Shown here one piece after another: positions 26,901 through 40,941 of a stretch of DNA of 64,000 nt. Position numbers and translations under genes: made by a program. Every line of letters begins with the position of its first letter. Within the stretch, counting starts at the first letter, position 1. The notes beneath the pieces are model-generated. The model saw nothing but the letters and a program-made list of their open reading frames with translations. It did no database searches and was not told where the DNA came from. This DNA is from Octopus vulgaris (Eukaryota). The stretch covers positions 6,758,001 to 6,822,000 of the forward strand of contig OX597842.1 of assembly GCA_951406725.2 (NCBI GenBank), in the 5' to 3' direction.

Positions 26901-28831
26901 GATAGATATAGATATATATAATGTGTTGTTCTGCTGTTCTCAGATTTCCAAGAGAATTAAAACTCAGGAAAGAACTCAAATATATATATGTGTATATATG
27001 TATATATATATATATATATGTGCGTATATATATTGTAAAGTGTAATAATGAACAAAACATTTAGAAAAAAATGCAAAATTCTAAATATAAAAGTAAGTTC
27101 TTAGGTTCTAAACAATTTTATACTTGATATTCTAAGGACTGCTTTGAACAACATAGGTGTATAAGAAGTGAAGCAATTGAGGATAAGGGGAATGTCTGTG
27201 TATGTAGGGACCCAGAGCAAGATCTCACTTTGAAATACCTGTAGTATTATATCCACCCAGATGAAATGTAACTGACAATAGGATACAAATGGGAAGAAAG
27301 GTAGGGTAAATGAGCAAAATATGTAAAAATGAAGTCCAGATGATATATACATATATATATACATACAACTGAAAAGATTAACCACCAAAGGTAAGTTTCT
27401 ATGTATGTACATATAATTGTATTTAGTAGATTGTTTCAAGGTGAGTTGTGGCTTAAATGTAATTTGTTTTCTTGTTTCAATAGACAATACTAATGAAAGG
27501 TATGAAAGTAAATGTAAAAACGATGTATGTGTGTTTGGACTGAATTTGGATATTAAGTTAAATGAAGATAAGTAGAAGATGACTGGAATGTAAAGTTGTA
27601 TGAAAATAAATGTTTAATACCTGAGAATATGACAAATGGAAAAAGAAAGAGAATCTTATGAAGAAAGAAAAATATTAGAGAATATAAAGATATGAATAGT
27701 TTTAGCAGATGATTGGAAAATTCAGAAAGATGCAAATTTATGAAGAAAATTTGGTGATGAAGATATGTTTAAGAAGCAGAAGAAAAAAATTGGGAAAAAG
27801 AGAGAAAGAACAGATTTATTTATGAAATGGAAAGATAATGGGAAATAATAAAGAAAATTAGGGGATGGAAAAATAAGGACAAGAAGAAAGATAGAGGTAA
27901 ATTAATGAAGAAAATTTGGTGAAGAAATGTTTAAAAAGCAGATGAGAAAGAAATGAAGGAAATGAGAAAATGGCAAGAGGATAATTGAAATAAGATAATG
28001 TGATGAAGAAAATTTGGTAAGTGTATGAAGAAATGTAGATAATATAAAGTATTCAGAGAAAATCAAGAGGTAAGAGAAATTAGGGAAGATATAAGATATA
28101 ATGAAGAAAATTAATTGATAGAGAAAGATAGAAAAAGCAGATGAAGAAAAAAAATGAGAAAATGAAAAAATAGCAGATGAAGGAGGCAATGAAAAAAAAT
28201 AAGATGATAAAAAAGAAAAGGAATTGTAAATAAATGTAGAGAAAGTATAAGAAAGTATGGTTTTGAGAAGTTTTGATGAAAACTTTTTTTACCTGGGGAA
28301 GATCAGTGGCGAAACAGTGTATGGCAGAAGATGCTGAGAATGTAAGCAGAATCTCTCTCTCCGTTGATAGAGATCTGTGGGTGTGGGGCATGTATGGGGT
28401 GGCAGTGGTGTCGGTGGTGGGGTACTTACAGACAGATTTGGTATTGGTAGCAAACTGATGCTGCTAATGGTATGATGTTGATGGTGATGGTGGTGGTGGT
28501 GGTGAAGTAGGTTCTGCTGATGGTGGTGGTGATGGTGGTAGAAAAAGAGGGTGGATGCCATTATGGTGATAAGGAGGGGGTAGATGACGTGGAGAGGGGG
28601 GTAGGAGTACGTTTGGTAGAGGTGGTGCTGATGGTGGTGGTGGCAGATGGTAGCAACAGATGCATAGTTAACGGGGGATAGAGGAGATGGTGGTGGCTGT
28701 AGTGGGAGTAGGTACCATAAGGGTGGTGGGTGCAGTTAATGTTTAGTGGCGATAGAGGGGATGGTGATGGTGATGGTGGGAGTAGTGCCAATAACAGCAG
28801 TAACAGTTGCATACCTGAATGATAATAATGG

Positions 28832-28866
<35 letters not shown>

Positions 28867-29097
28867 GTGGGTGGCGATGGTGATGGATGAAGTTACACCT
28901 TCGAGAATACACCAGCAAGAATATCAGTGAAAAAGGACATAGATAGGCAGAGATATGGAGAGAGGGTGGGAGGAGGGGGAAAGGAGAAGGAGGATGGAAA
29001 CAGAGGTAGGTGGGTGGGGGAATAGAGATAATGATGGTGGAGGTGGTGTAGTAGGTAAAAGCTGCTGCATTGGAGGTGGTGGACTGTGAAATTTGTC

Positions 29098-29244
<147 letters not shown>

Positions 29245-29285
29245 GAGTGTGGAAAATTAGATGCCTACATAGTTTGATAGATAGG

Positions 29286-29320
<35 letters not shown>

Positions 29321-29466
29321 AAAGATAGATAGATAGATAGATGAGTAGTCAGAGTGATAGGTAGATAAACTGTTGTATTATCACAACTTTATATACATAC
29401 ATGTGTGTGTGTGTGTGTATATATATATACATACACTCACACACATATATATTGTATGTTATATGT

Positions 29467-29506
<40 letters not shown>

Positions 29507-29687
29507 ATGTATAAATGTATGAGTGAATGCATGCCTCAGATATATAAGAGTGGAATGTGGTGAAGATCTGGTCTCCATGCGTTTTTAATCAAGCTTCAAG
29601 GACATTTGATAACTGTACACATATATAGATGTATGTATATATATGTATACAAATATATATGTTTATATATCTGAATATACATATATG

Positions 29688-29751
<64 letters not shown>

Positions 29752-29754
29752 ATG

Positions 29755-29800
<46 letters not shown>

Positions 29801-30356
29801 TGCAAACATACATACATATATATATATATATACACATATACATATAGTTATATATATATCTATTTGCTTTATTCTTTTACATGTTTCTGCCCTAAGGCTG
29901 TGGCTGTGTTGGGGCACTACTAGAGTGTGTGTGTGTGTGTATAAATGATCATCTCCCAACTTAGGTATAAAGCCCCACATCTTAGAAATGAAAAGAGGGA
30001 GAGAAAGAGAGAGAGAGAGTAGGGAGGAATAGACAGAGAGAAGACAGGTAAAAAAGGGGCAAAGTGAGTTGTGAAGGATTGTATGACATTAGCTCCGATC
30101 TCAAGGTCATTAGCACAAGAGGAGAGGGTTTTTCCTGTGTCTATGTATGTATCTAAGTGGGTTAGGAAACTTAGGGTTTCAAAACCGACCAGGTTCTTGC
30201 CCAGTCATTTCCCCACCCCTACCCCTCTTTCCCCTCTCTGAACCCTCACTTCTTTCTCTCCTTCTTGCTCTCTGTCAGAACTCATATTTATTCCATAGTT
30301 AGTGTCATTGGACTGTGCCATGCTGCAGCACTGACTTCAAGAGGTTTTAGCTGATC

Positions 30357-30412
<56 letters not shown>

Positions 30413-30567
30413 ACTTACTCCCAGCACTCTTTTGAATCTAGTACTAATTTTATTAGTCTTATTCTATTGAATCGCTAGGTTAAACTTTTGGACATAAAGT
30501 GCTGCAGCCTGACACTCCATTTTGCACTGCATCATACACACACAGAATCACACATATTATATCTACA

Positions 30568-30619
<52 letters not shown>

Positions 30620-30869
30620 GTTGTAGTTTGCTTCAAGTATTGTAGCACTGAAGCAGAAAATGAAAGGAAAATGAAATAAGGAAAGTATCTAACAACGCAG
30701 AAAGTTTTACAAAAAGAGACCTTTATATTTCTTTGACTGCTTTCTTTGGAGATGGGTCTTTGTGGCCGAAATATAAAGATGGCATTTTTTTTTTGTAAAA
30801 CTTTCTGCATTGCTAGAAGCATTCTTTCCTTATTTCTCTTTTCTTTCATTTTCTACTTATATTATATGC

Positions 30870-30906
<37 letters not shown>

Positions 30907-32342
30907 TTTGATAAGTGTTTAATGCACAAAACTACAGGCTCTTGAGTCACTGTAACTTCTCACAATTAATAAAATATAATATATATATGGAGATGTACTT
31001 GCATAGCAAGTGACCCGATCTGAGATATATATGCTTTTTGAATTGTAACTGCAAATTTCATGTTTCTGATTACTTAAACAATAAGAAACAAGAAACTCTG
31101 AGTAACAATACAAAAAAAAACATTGACTTGTAATAAAATAGAATCTCCCTGTTTTGAATACTTTTTTTGGTGGGGAGGGAATTCTAAATTTAAAAATTCA
31201 ACAAACCATTATATAAATATATATATGTGTGTGTGGTGTGTGTGTGGTGTGTGTGGACGTGTTATGTACAATAACTATTTTCTATCTACCACCCTTCAAC
31301 CCCCACCCCAACCATACACTTACCACCACCACCCACTGCCCATAATCCTACACACTTCAGTCATGCAAGTACACTCAAGCCCTGACCCAGAACTAAACCA
31401 CACCTGCTTAAAATTACATACATATATGTATATATACATACACACATACATATATATACATATACATACATATATACATACATATATATATAATTTGTTT
31501 ATTCATATCTTTTAAGGTTGAAATAAGAAAAATAGAACTCAATACATGATATAGAATATATATAATTAATTATTTGGCATAAAGCTACATAAGTGACTCA
31601 TGAGCCTAGAGTTTCGTACATGATAGTTACCATATTTGAAAGTGAAAAAGAAGAAAATTAATTCTCAGGAAATGTATATAGGGGAGTAACTTTCATTGTT
31701 CAAAGATGACAATTATGATTTCTGTTGCTACTCAGAGCTTGTAAACTATTAGCAAACCTCTTTTTTTTATTTGTTTGTCGCCTGTAGGATCGCATAGAGT
31801 ATACTCACTCTGAGTAGGAGCAGTATGAATTGTCACCTTTGAATGCATAGGTGTGTGTGTGTGTGTGTGGTTGAATCTCATATGGGTAATTGAGGGTGTT
31901 GAAGACACTTCAGTTAAATGAGATAATCTGATTATCTTTGTGATTAGGAAAGAAAAACTTTCAGGGTGTCTAAAATCTAAAGCAAAAGGGCAAGGGAGAT
32001 AACTCTAATAACATCAACCAGTCAAATATTTTTCCTCAGTTTTACAAATATATATATATATAAATATCCTATGCCCTTCTTGCAAACAACATCAACGCAA
32101 AACAAAAAAAAAACACCTTCATCCTCATCATCTTTAATCAATCCCCTTCATCTTCGTCATCATCATTGCAGCTGTCTTATTTACAGTTTGCCAGTGTCGG
32201 GTGGTGAATGCCCATTAAAGGCAGGCAGCAATGAAATTCGATCTGAGGTATCATCAGTGGCAGTGAGAGAAGAGAAGAGAAGGAGAGAGAGGGAGAGAGA
32301 GGGAGGAGGTGTAGTGATGGAGTTTGGTGCCATACTAAGATG

Positions 32343-32393
<51 letters not shown>

Positions 32394-32524
32394 CATACAT
32401 ATATATACATATATATATATCTAGGGTATAACCACTACAACTATTATTATTATTATTAGCGACACTGCCAATTTCACAGCTACACAGCTACCACCACATT
32501 GAAGATAAAAGTTTAGTTGCTCTG

Positions 32525-32564
<40 letters not shown>

Positions 32565-32785
32565 GTATACATATATGTATATGCTTACACATATACATAT
32601 ATGTTACTTGAGGTAACATGAGAGGCACCCCTCAGCTCCCACTCCATCAACCTTGCTCACCTCAACCACCATACCAGCACAGCAATCATCAGTCTTCACC
32701 TCCTCATCCTACTCCCCCTCCGCCTCACTTCCTATGCAACAGCTACTGCCACCACCTACTGCTTCACGCTTTCACCTGATCCACC

Positions 32786-32880
32786 CCTAATAAGGAAAGA
32801 AGAGGAGAAGCAACGCCTTGCGTGCCTCCCCTCACGTCACGTGTGACTGTAAGCGAAACAGGCTTAACTCAATATAGACA
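32786..32880. promoter_or_regulatory. Intronic muscle-type regulatory island (CArG box, E-box/CRE-like)
   Basis: Perfect CArG CCTAATAAGG at 32786-32795 and overlapping TCACGTCA/CACGTG at 32832-32843. CpG-containing unique sequence in myosin intron 1. Confidence 0.4.
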
Positions 32881-33092
32881 CACGGCCAGGCTCTGTTATG
32901 CTATAGCCTTGTTGGCTATCTAAGACTATCTGTCTGTCTGTATGTGGGATATCCTTTAGTCTACAAAAGACTTGTCTATCTATATGTGTGTGTCTATGCA
33001 TTCATACACACATGTATGTATGTATGTATGAATGTATGGACGTATGTATGTATGTATGTATGTATGCATGAATGTATGTATGTATGTATGTA

Positions 33093-33123
<31 letters not shown>

Positions 33124-33199
33124 ATGTATGTATGTATGTATGTTGTTCATTTGTATCTATATAATACTATCTGTCTAGATATACACACGCAAACACACA

Positions 33200-33232
<33 letters not shown>

Positions 33233-33608
33233 GAATATATATATGTGTACAACAATGCATGTATGTATATATATATATATATATATGGGTTTTATGTTTA
33301 TGTGTTTGGTGACTTAGTTATACAATCAATGAAGATCTACATCTGGTATTGAGTCCTTTATAATCATTGTTATCAGTTTGTACCTAAAATATATACATAC
33401 ATATACATATGTATATACATATACATTTATATTTGTCATTATATCTATCTATCTATCTATCTATTTGTCCATCTGTTTGCCAGTTTCTATCTATCCATCT
33501 ATCCATCTATCTATCTGTCTATCTATCTATCTGTCTACCTATCTATCTATTTGTCCATTTGTCTGTCAGTCTGTCGGTTTCTATCTATCTATCTATATAC
33601 CTATATAT

Positions 33609-33639
<31 letters not shown>

Positions 33640-34028
33640 TATATATTCATATGTATCTGCATGTGTTTGTGTGTAATATATTTATCACATATTACATACA
33701 TTGCATAGTATATAATGTATACACAAACCAACAGAAATGTATATAAAGTACTCAATACATGGTGTAGAGCTACAAAGCAAATGCAAACTAATGATGAACA
33801 AAATCAGAAAAATATTTCATTACAGTTTCTTCTCTTGAATCATCAGAAGAAATGCTTTTTCTGGAGAAACTGTAGCAAAATAGTATTCCTGAATTTGTGA
33901 GCTGTCTGTATGTGCATACACATATTTGTGCATGTGTGTGTGTGTGTGTGTGTGTGTGCATGTGTATGTATAGACAGATGTGTTTATCTGCGCTCATAAT
34001 TATGTAAATATGTATGTACACATATATG

Positions 34029-34101
<73 letters not shown>

Positions 34102-34324
34102 ATGTATGTATATGTGTATGTATGTATATGTGTATATAAATATTTTTCTCTCTCTGAAGAGGGCTTTTACTTGAAATGGCTGTACATTTCTAGTCTTCTA
34201 TTCTTATGATAAGTATAAACTGATCCAATAATGCAAGTTCATCTGGTATATTCCAAGTGCTTTTGTGGTCTTTTTTATTTTCTTCTTCATTTGTGTTATT
34301 CCATGAAAAATGTTGTCCACTGCC

Positions 34325-34386
<62 letters not shown>

Positions 34387-34504
34387 TACATATATATATA
34401 TATGCATACATACATATATATATATATATGCCTTTTATAATAAGATATATATATATATATGTATATATATATACACACACACATATATCTTTATATATAT
34501 ATAC

Positions 34505-34547
<43 letters not shown>

Positions 34548-35334
34548 CACACATATGTATATGAGCATATATATATATATATGTTATGTATGTTGATGGT
34601 TATGTAACAACTCTTCAATCATTAAAGATAGCACTCCAGCTGTTACAATCCCCACTTTTTTTTTCAGGCATGGTATATCTTGGCATCATCGAAAAAATCC
34701 TTTCCGTTTTTTAGAAGCATTTTAAAAGGCATAAGTTATGTGACTTGCTAGAGATTTGGTTGCTATGTCTAGCATTTTGTGCAGCCACCCTATAGAGGGA
34801 GGTAGTGGTGCACATGATATGGAGGGGTGGTGGTGTTGATGGTTGGTGGTTGAAGAAATTAGGAATAAGTTTAAAGTAAAAGTGAAAGGAGGTAAAGAAA
34901 AAGATTTGGTGGGTGAGAGAATATATTGAGGATGTTATTGTCTCCAGGGGCACAAGTTGTTCACTTCATGAATTAGCAACACTTGGCAATGAGGCTTTTT
35001 TTTCTTTTAATATGTATGTATGTATGAATGGATGGATGGATGGATGGGTGGATGGATGGATGTGTCTATATACATATGTATATGTGTATTAAAGTACATT
35101 ATGTAAGTAGATTATTTTCATCAGATTTAAAGTACATAAAATGTTGAAAAAAAAACACATAAAAATTGAAATGTTAGTATAAATGATTGAACTAAAAAAT
35201 TGTTAAAGCACTGCAATACATTTCCCAACTATATAAACAGACACACACACACATATATATTTATTCATATATATATATATGTATATACATTCATACATGT
35301 ATATATATACACATATATACCTATGCAAACATAC

Positions 35335-35379
<45 letters not shown>

Positions 35380-36000
35380 TCATATCTTATCATATAATAT
35401 TAAAAACCTAGATTCTACATGTATACATGTATACACCTCAGTTTCTGTTCAAAAGTTCAGAGAAACAGGTGTGCACATGTAGCATTCAGGCTTTCAAATA
35501 TTTTATATGCATGTTATATAAATCATTCTTCAAACTGACATTGAATCCTTTGCTTAAATGAGTGATTGGCCTTCATGTTTTCCAAGCAAGAATTAACTAC
35601 ACATACACACATGTGCACATATCTACAGATATACATATATATTGAAGTGTTAACACTAAGCAGTGTTTAAGTATGAGCAGAATTGAATAAGTTGAAACAT
35701 GTTTGTCTGCTTAAAGGGAAATGCACTACAGTTATCGTGGAGAATAACTGTCATGTCATTGCATTTTTAGCAGTTGAAATATGTGGCAAGCATATTTCAT
35801 CTTACCAAATTCTACTCATATATATATAATATATATATATATTTGTATGTATGTTTGAATGTACATGTATATATGTGTAGGGCATAGTATTAACTATATA
35901 GGTACACACATATGACTCAACATATAGATGCATGGTTAAATAAACTGATAGATCCATAAATAGATTGGCTACATAGATAATGATGATGATGATGATGATG

Positions 36001-36051
<51 letters not shown>

Positions 36052-36706
36052 TATTAGATTGTTTCTAACATAGTTGCAAGGCTAGAAACTTTTGGAGGGG
36101 AGGGCTAGAAGATTGTATAAACACTGGGGATTCTAATTAATACAAAAATGAGGCAAAGCTACTATTAGGGGCTCAATGAAATAGTGAAAGTAAATTAAAG
36201 GGATTTTGGAGCTAAGCACAATGGCTAAGTGATAGATATGTAAGAAATTTCAGAAAACCAATATTGTTTTCCATAGAAAATGTGTATCGCAAGTGCCAGC
36301 AGAAAAAGAGACAATGCAATGTCTGTGTGTGAAAAAATGATACTTATGATTTGGAGTTTCATGTATGGGTGATACTCTACATGAAACTCAGAGTCATGCC
36401 CATTTTATTAGAATGATCATCATTCAACTATACAATATATTCTCACTATATTAATATAGTTGGGTGTTCTTTGATTTAGGTAAATTCTACAACCAATTAT
36501 GTATATACTGATATGTGTATACATGCATTACATATACATACACATATATATACTGGAGTAAGCACATAAATGTGAAACAAGGTGGAAAAAAGAGTACTCA
36601 AATACCAGAGGTAGAGTAATATGCTTTATTTAAAAGCAGCAGAAATATAACAAAAGCTGTTACTCAGAGTTTCACTTGAAACTCTGAGTAACAGCTTTTG
36701 TTATAC

Positions 36707-36790
<84 letters not shown>

Positions 36791-37806
36791 ACAAGGCTAG
36801 AGAACATTTGTAGTCGACTTAGATCAAACACTATATTCAATTGGCATCTTATTAGAGGCTTAGTAGTTAGGGTGTTGGACCCTTGATCCTAAGATTGTAG
36901 TTTCAATTCATGGCCCAGGCAGTGCATTGCGCTCTTGAGCAAAGCACTTCGTTACTGCTTTAGTCCACTCGGCTGCTATAAATGGGTAATCCAGTGACAG
37001 GTGAGCATCCCATTGAAGGAGGAATACATATATGCCAGAGAAGCTGGAAAACGGGTCCTTTGCTCCTTAAGGTGTAATACAGACTAATCAACCATTGAAG
37101 AGAATGGATGAAATGCAGAAATGAGCAGATTGCATATTTAATTATAATTAGCAAATTATCAAAGAAAAATAGCAATAATTTCTGATGAACAACCATCAGG
37201 ATAAAAATCTGGGAATGAAGTCAGTGGAAAGACTTAATATTCCTGAAGCTGATTGGTAAAATAGTTGATTGGTTCAACATAGGCATAAATCCAGACCTTC
37301 TGTTTGTGAAGAGATGGGAGCTGGAGAGGATTAAACTCTACACCAGCATGTGACTGGTATCCCGAGAAGGACAAAAAAGGCAATGTCATCAACTACTACT
37401 ACTACTACTAATAATAATAATAATGATGATGACGAGAATGATGATAATTATAGTAGTCTAATTATAATAATGGATAAATAATGATAATAATAATAATAAT
37501 AATAATGATAATAATGATGATGATGATAATAATAATAATAATAATGATAGTGACAATTAGTTTGGAGAAAGAGAAGACAAGAAAAATAATCAAATAGGGA
37601 ATACTTCAAATTGATAATTTGTATGTATATATGGATTTATGTATATGTGTGTATGTGTATGCATCTATTAACTATGTATATATATATATATATATATACA
37701 TTTTATTTATATATATATTATATATTACATGTATATTTTATATATACATATATGTATGTATATATGAGTATGTATGTCTGTGCACATAAATGTGCTTGTA
37801 TATGTT

Positions 37807-37837
<31 letters not shown>

Positions 37838-37876
37838 TACATATATATATGTATATGTGTATTACATATATGTATG

Positions 37877-37939
<63 letters not shown>

Positions 37940-37941
37940 GT

Positions 37942-37981
<40 letters not shown>

Positions 37982-38181
37982 ATGTGCACTTAGTATATGT
38001 TATACATTTTTTTTACTTGTTTGTGTATTTACAATACATTTTTTCTTTTATATATATATATATATATATGTATATTTAAAGACATATATATTATGTGTGC
38101 ATATATATATATATACATATATATATATGTTATATAAGTTTGAATGTGTGTGTGTGCATTGTGTGTGTATGTGTGTGTGTG

Positions 38182-38256
<75 letters not shown>

Positions 38257-38530
38257 TATATGTATCTATATATATACACACATATATATTTGTATGTATG
38301 TATATTATATGTATGTATTTAGTTTTGTATGAATATGAATGCATGGGTTTGCATGGGTGTGTGCACGTGTGCATGTGTGTGTGTGTGTGTGCGTGTGTGT
38401 GTGTGTATGCCTGCATCGGTAAACAATACACAAGAAGACAAGAGGGTATTGGTGGTGGTAGTAGAGGTGGTTGAAAGGGTTAGAGTCACATCACAGTATT
38501 ATATGTATATATTCCAAGCTGGGTACTTAC

Positions 38531-38550
38531 GATAGAAAGCTGTTCTGACT
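38531..38550 (-). other. Mhc1: Probable ~20-nt non-coding first exon of the myosin gene
   Basis: Runs from the Inr-like A (38550) to a perfect donor ATC|GTAAGT (38530-38525). Same strand as the coding exons, and the ATG exon has an acceptor that needs an upstream exon. Confidence 0.6.
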
Positions 38551-38660
38551 GCCGGGTATTCTTCCACCCGTTATTTATATATACCCACCTTGGTTACTAC
38601 CCAACTGCTGGTGGGTCGTGCTTTCACTTCGAAACCCTTTAACGTGATTGGCTGGTTATT
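38551..38660 (-). promoter_or_regulatory. Probable core promoter of the myosin gene (TATA box, CCAAT box, E-box)
   Basis: On the minus strand TATATAAA (38581-38574) starts 31 nt before an Inr-like GCAGTC (A at 38550). AGCCAATC is at ~38646-38653 and E-box CAGTTG at ~38602-38607. This is a CpG-containing unique island in repeat-rich DNA. Confidence 0.65.
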
Positions 38661-39794
38661 TTCGTCAGGGTGGTGATAGGGGTGGATCAGGTAGAGAAAT
38701 GTTATCCAGTTTCTGTTTTTGTTGTTTGATGATAACCTGACAAGTGAAATGTTTGGTGATGTTGCATTGCAGCCAGGTGGAGGAGGAGGAGGAAGAGGAG
38801 GAGACCAACAACAACATCAACAAGAATGTGAAGAAGAAGAAGAAGAAGAAGAAGAAAGGAGGGGTGTAAGCATGCAGCAAGAGGTGTATGGTCAGGGTAG
38901 TGGGGGTGGGTGGTAATTAGAGTGAGAATTTCTTTCAGCAAGAATTTCTTTAGATTTTTCTTCCCACCCCACCCCTACCCCACCATCAATTCTACCCCCA
39001 CCAACATTCCCCCTGCATCCCTTTACACTCACATCCACCGACAGCCTGATCTGAACCCACCACTACTGCTGCTACTGCCGCCACCATCATCACCACCATT
39101 GGACACCAACCACCAAGTATTCTAGTACATTACCATCATCATCATCATCTCCATCACCACTGAAACTCCTGTCTTTCGATCTCCCTTTCTGAGCTTTCCT
39201 TCTGTCTCTAAAAATTTGCATATTTATTTAATTATAACATTGTCCTATGCCGTAAAAAGAGAGAGAAAAGAAGGGAAGAGAGTGAGAGAGAGAGAGAGAA
39301 GGATGCCATGGCATCCCCCCACCCCCACCCCACCTCCAGCCTCTTCTCCTCCATCCTCTCATCTCATCATCACCACTATTACGCCAGCCAACACCAACCC
39401 CTCCACCACAAACACTGTCATGTCAAATGGAACTCTCCTTATGTGAACGACAGAACTTGCTAGAAATAGTAGCCAAATTTTCATCAAATTACCCTTTACT
39501 ATCTGAAGAAGAAAATAATGTACTCCAATATATACAGAAAACATGGGAGGGTCATGTCCAGAATGATGTTTACTCTTAGGTCTGTTGGATCAGGACTAGT
39601 CCTAGATACACTTTGTCTGAACAAAGAAGTTAAGATGGTCACATCTAGAATTTCTTTGATCATCATAGGCCTTTTAGATCAGGAATGACCTAGGGCTACG
39701 CAACACCAGAAACAACAGTTATAACTATCAGCACAACAACAACAACAACCATAGCCACTAACACTAATTACTATACTATACATTACATAATGTT

Positions 39795-40092
39795 GAGGTA
39801 CATGGCCTAGTGGTTAGAGCAGCGGACTCGCAATCGAGGGATCGCGGGTTCGAATCTCAGACTGGGCAATGTGTGTGTTTATGAGTGAAACACCTAAGCT
39901 CAATGCGACTCCGGCAGAAGGTAATGGTGAACCTCTGCTGACTCTTTCGCCACAACTTTCTCTCACTCTTTCTTCCTGCATCTTGCAGCTCACCTGCGAC
40001 GGACTGGTGTCCAGTCCAGGTGGGGAACCTATACGCCAAAGAAACTGGGAAACCAGCCCTATGAGACAGGCATGGCTCGAGAAGGAACAAAC
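39795..40092 (+). mobile_element. tRNA-derived SINE family B
   Basis: TGGCCTAGTGGTTAGAGC (A box) and GGTTCGAATC (B box). Near-identical copy at 44199-44500. Confidence 0.85.
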
Positions 40093-40902
40093 AGCAATAT
40101 TAGATAATAGAGATACTATAGATAGGCTGTGTGGTAAGAAGTTTGTTTCCCAGCCATATGGTTCTGGGTTCAGTCCCACTGCATGGCACCTTGGGCAAGT
40201 GTCTTCTACTATAGCCTCAGGCCAACTAAAGCCTTGTGAGTAGATTTGGTAGATGGGAACTGAAAGAAGCCCATTAAATATTGTTATCTGTGGAGTCATA
40301 TCTGTAGTAAAAAGGAATGAGCTGCCTTTGGCTGCTATTTCTAAATTTTTGGCATGTGGTAAAGCAACTTGTTGCTTAACTCTTAATTATATTTAATTAT
40401 ATATATATAAGAAAATAAGAAGTCATTCACTCGTGAATTTCATCACACAACATGGACCAAATTTCTTCTTAAGAAAAAATATATATTCAAATAAATTAAA
40501 CATAATATCATGAATAGCGATAGTGAAACCGGTTGATATATTAAAAATTATATTAAAACCATGTAAATGTTCGTATTTTCCTTTTTTAATTTCTTATATA
40601 CATTACAACCCACCACGTGGGGACAACCGAAATTCCTCTTTTCTGTTACTACTACTACTATATATATATATATATATTTACATGTGAGTGTCTTTGTGTC
40701 TTTGCTTGTCCACCGCCCCACATCACGATCGCTTGAAAACTAATGTTGGTTGTCTATGTTCCAGTAACTTAGTGGCTTGGCAAAAGAGACCAAATAAATA
40801 CTAGACTTACAAAAAATAAGTCTTGGGGGTCAATTTCTTCAACAAAAAAACCCTTTAAGATGGTACTCTTGCATGGCTTCAGTCAAATGACTGAAACAAG
40901 TA

Positions 40903-40941
<39 letters not shown>

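Noticed and set aside
27560-27640. miR-1 gene
   Set aside because: No complementary 5' arm to form a pre-miRNA; retained only as a possible target site.
37611-38474. 287-aa ORF and the dozens of similar YI/HT/CV-rich ORFs
   Set aside because: Translations of (TA)n, (CA)n and (TACA)n microsatellites, which lack stop codons; no domain content.
39795-39870. tRNA gene
   Set aside because: The A/B boxes are the head of a multi-copy SINE; no complete cloverleaf or terminator.
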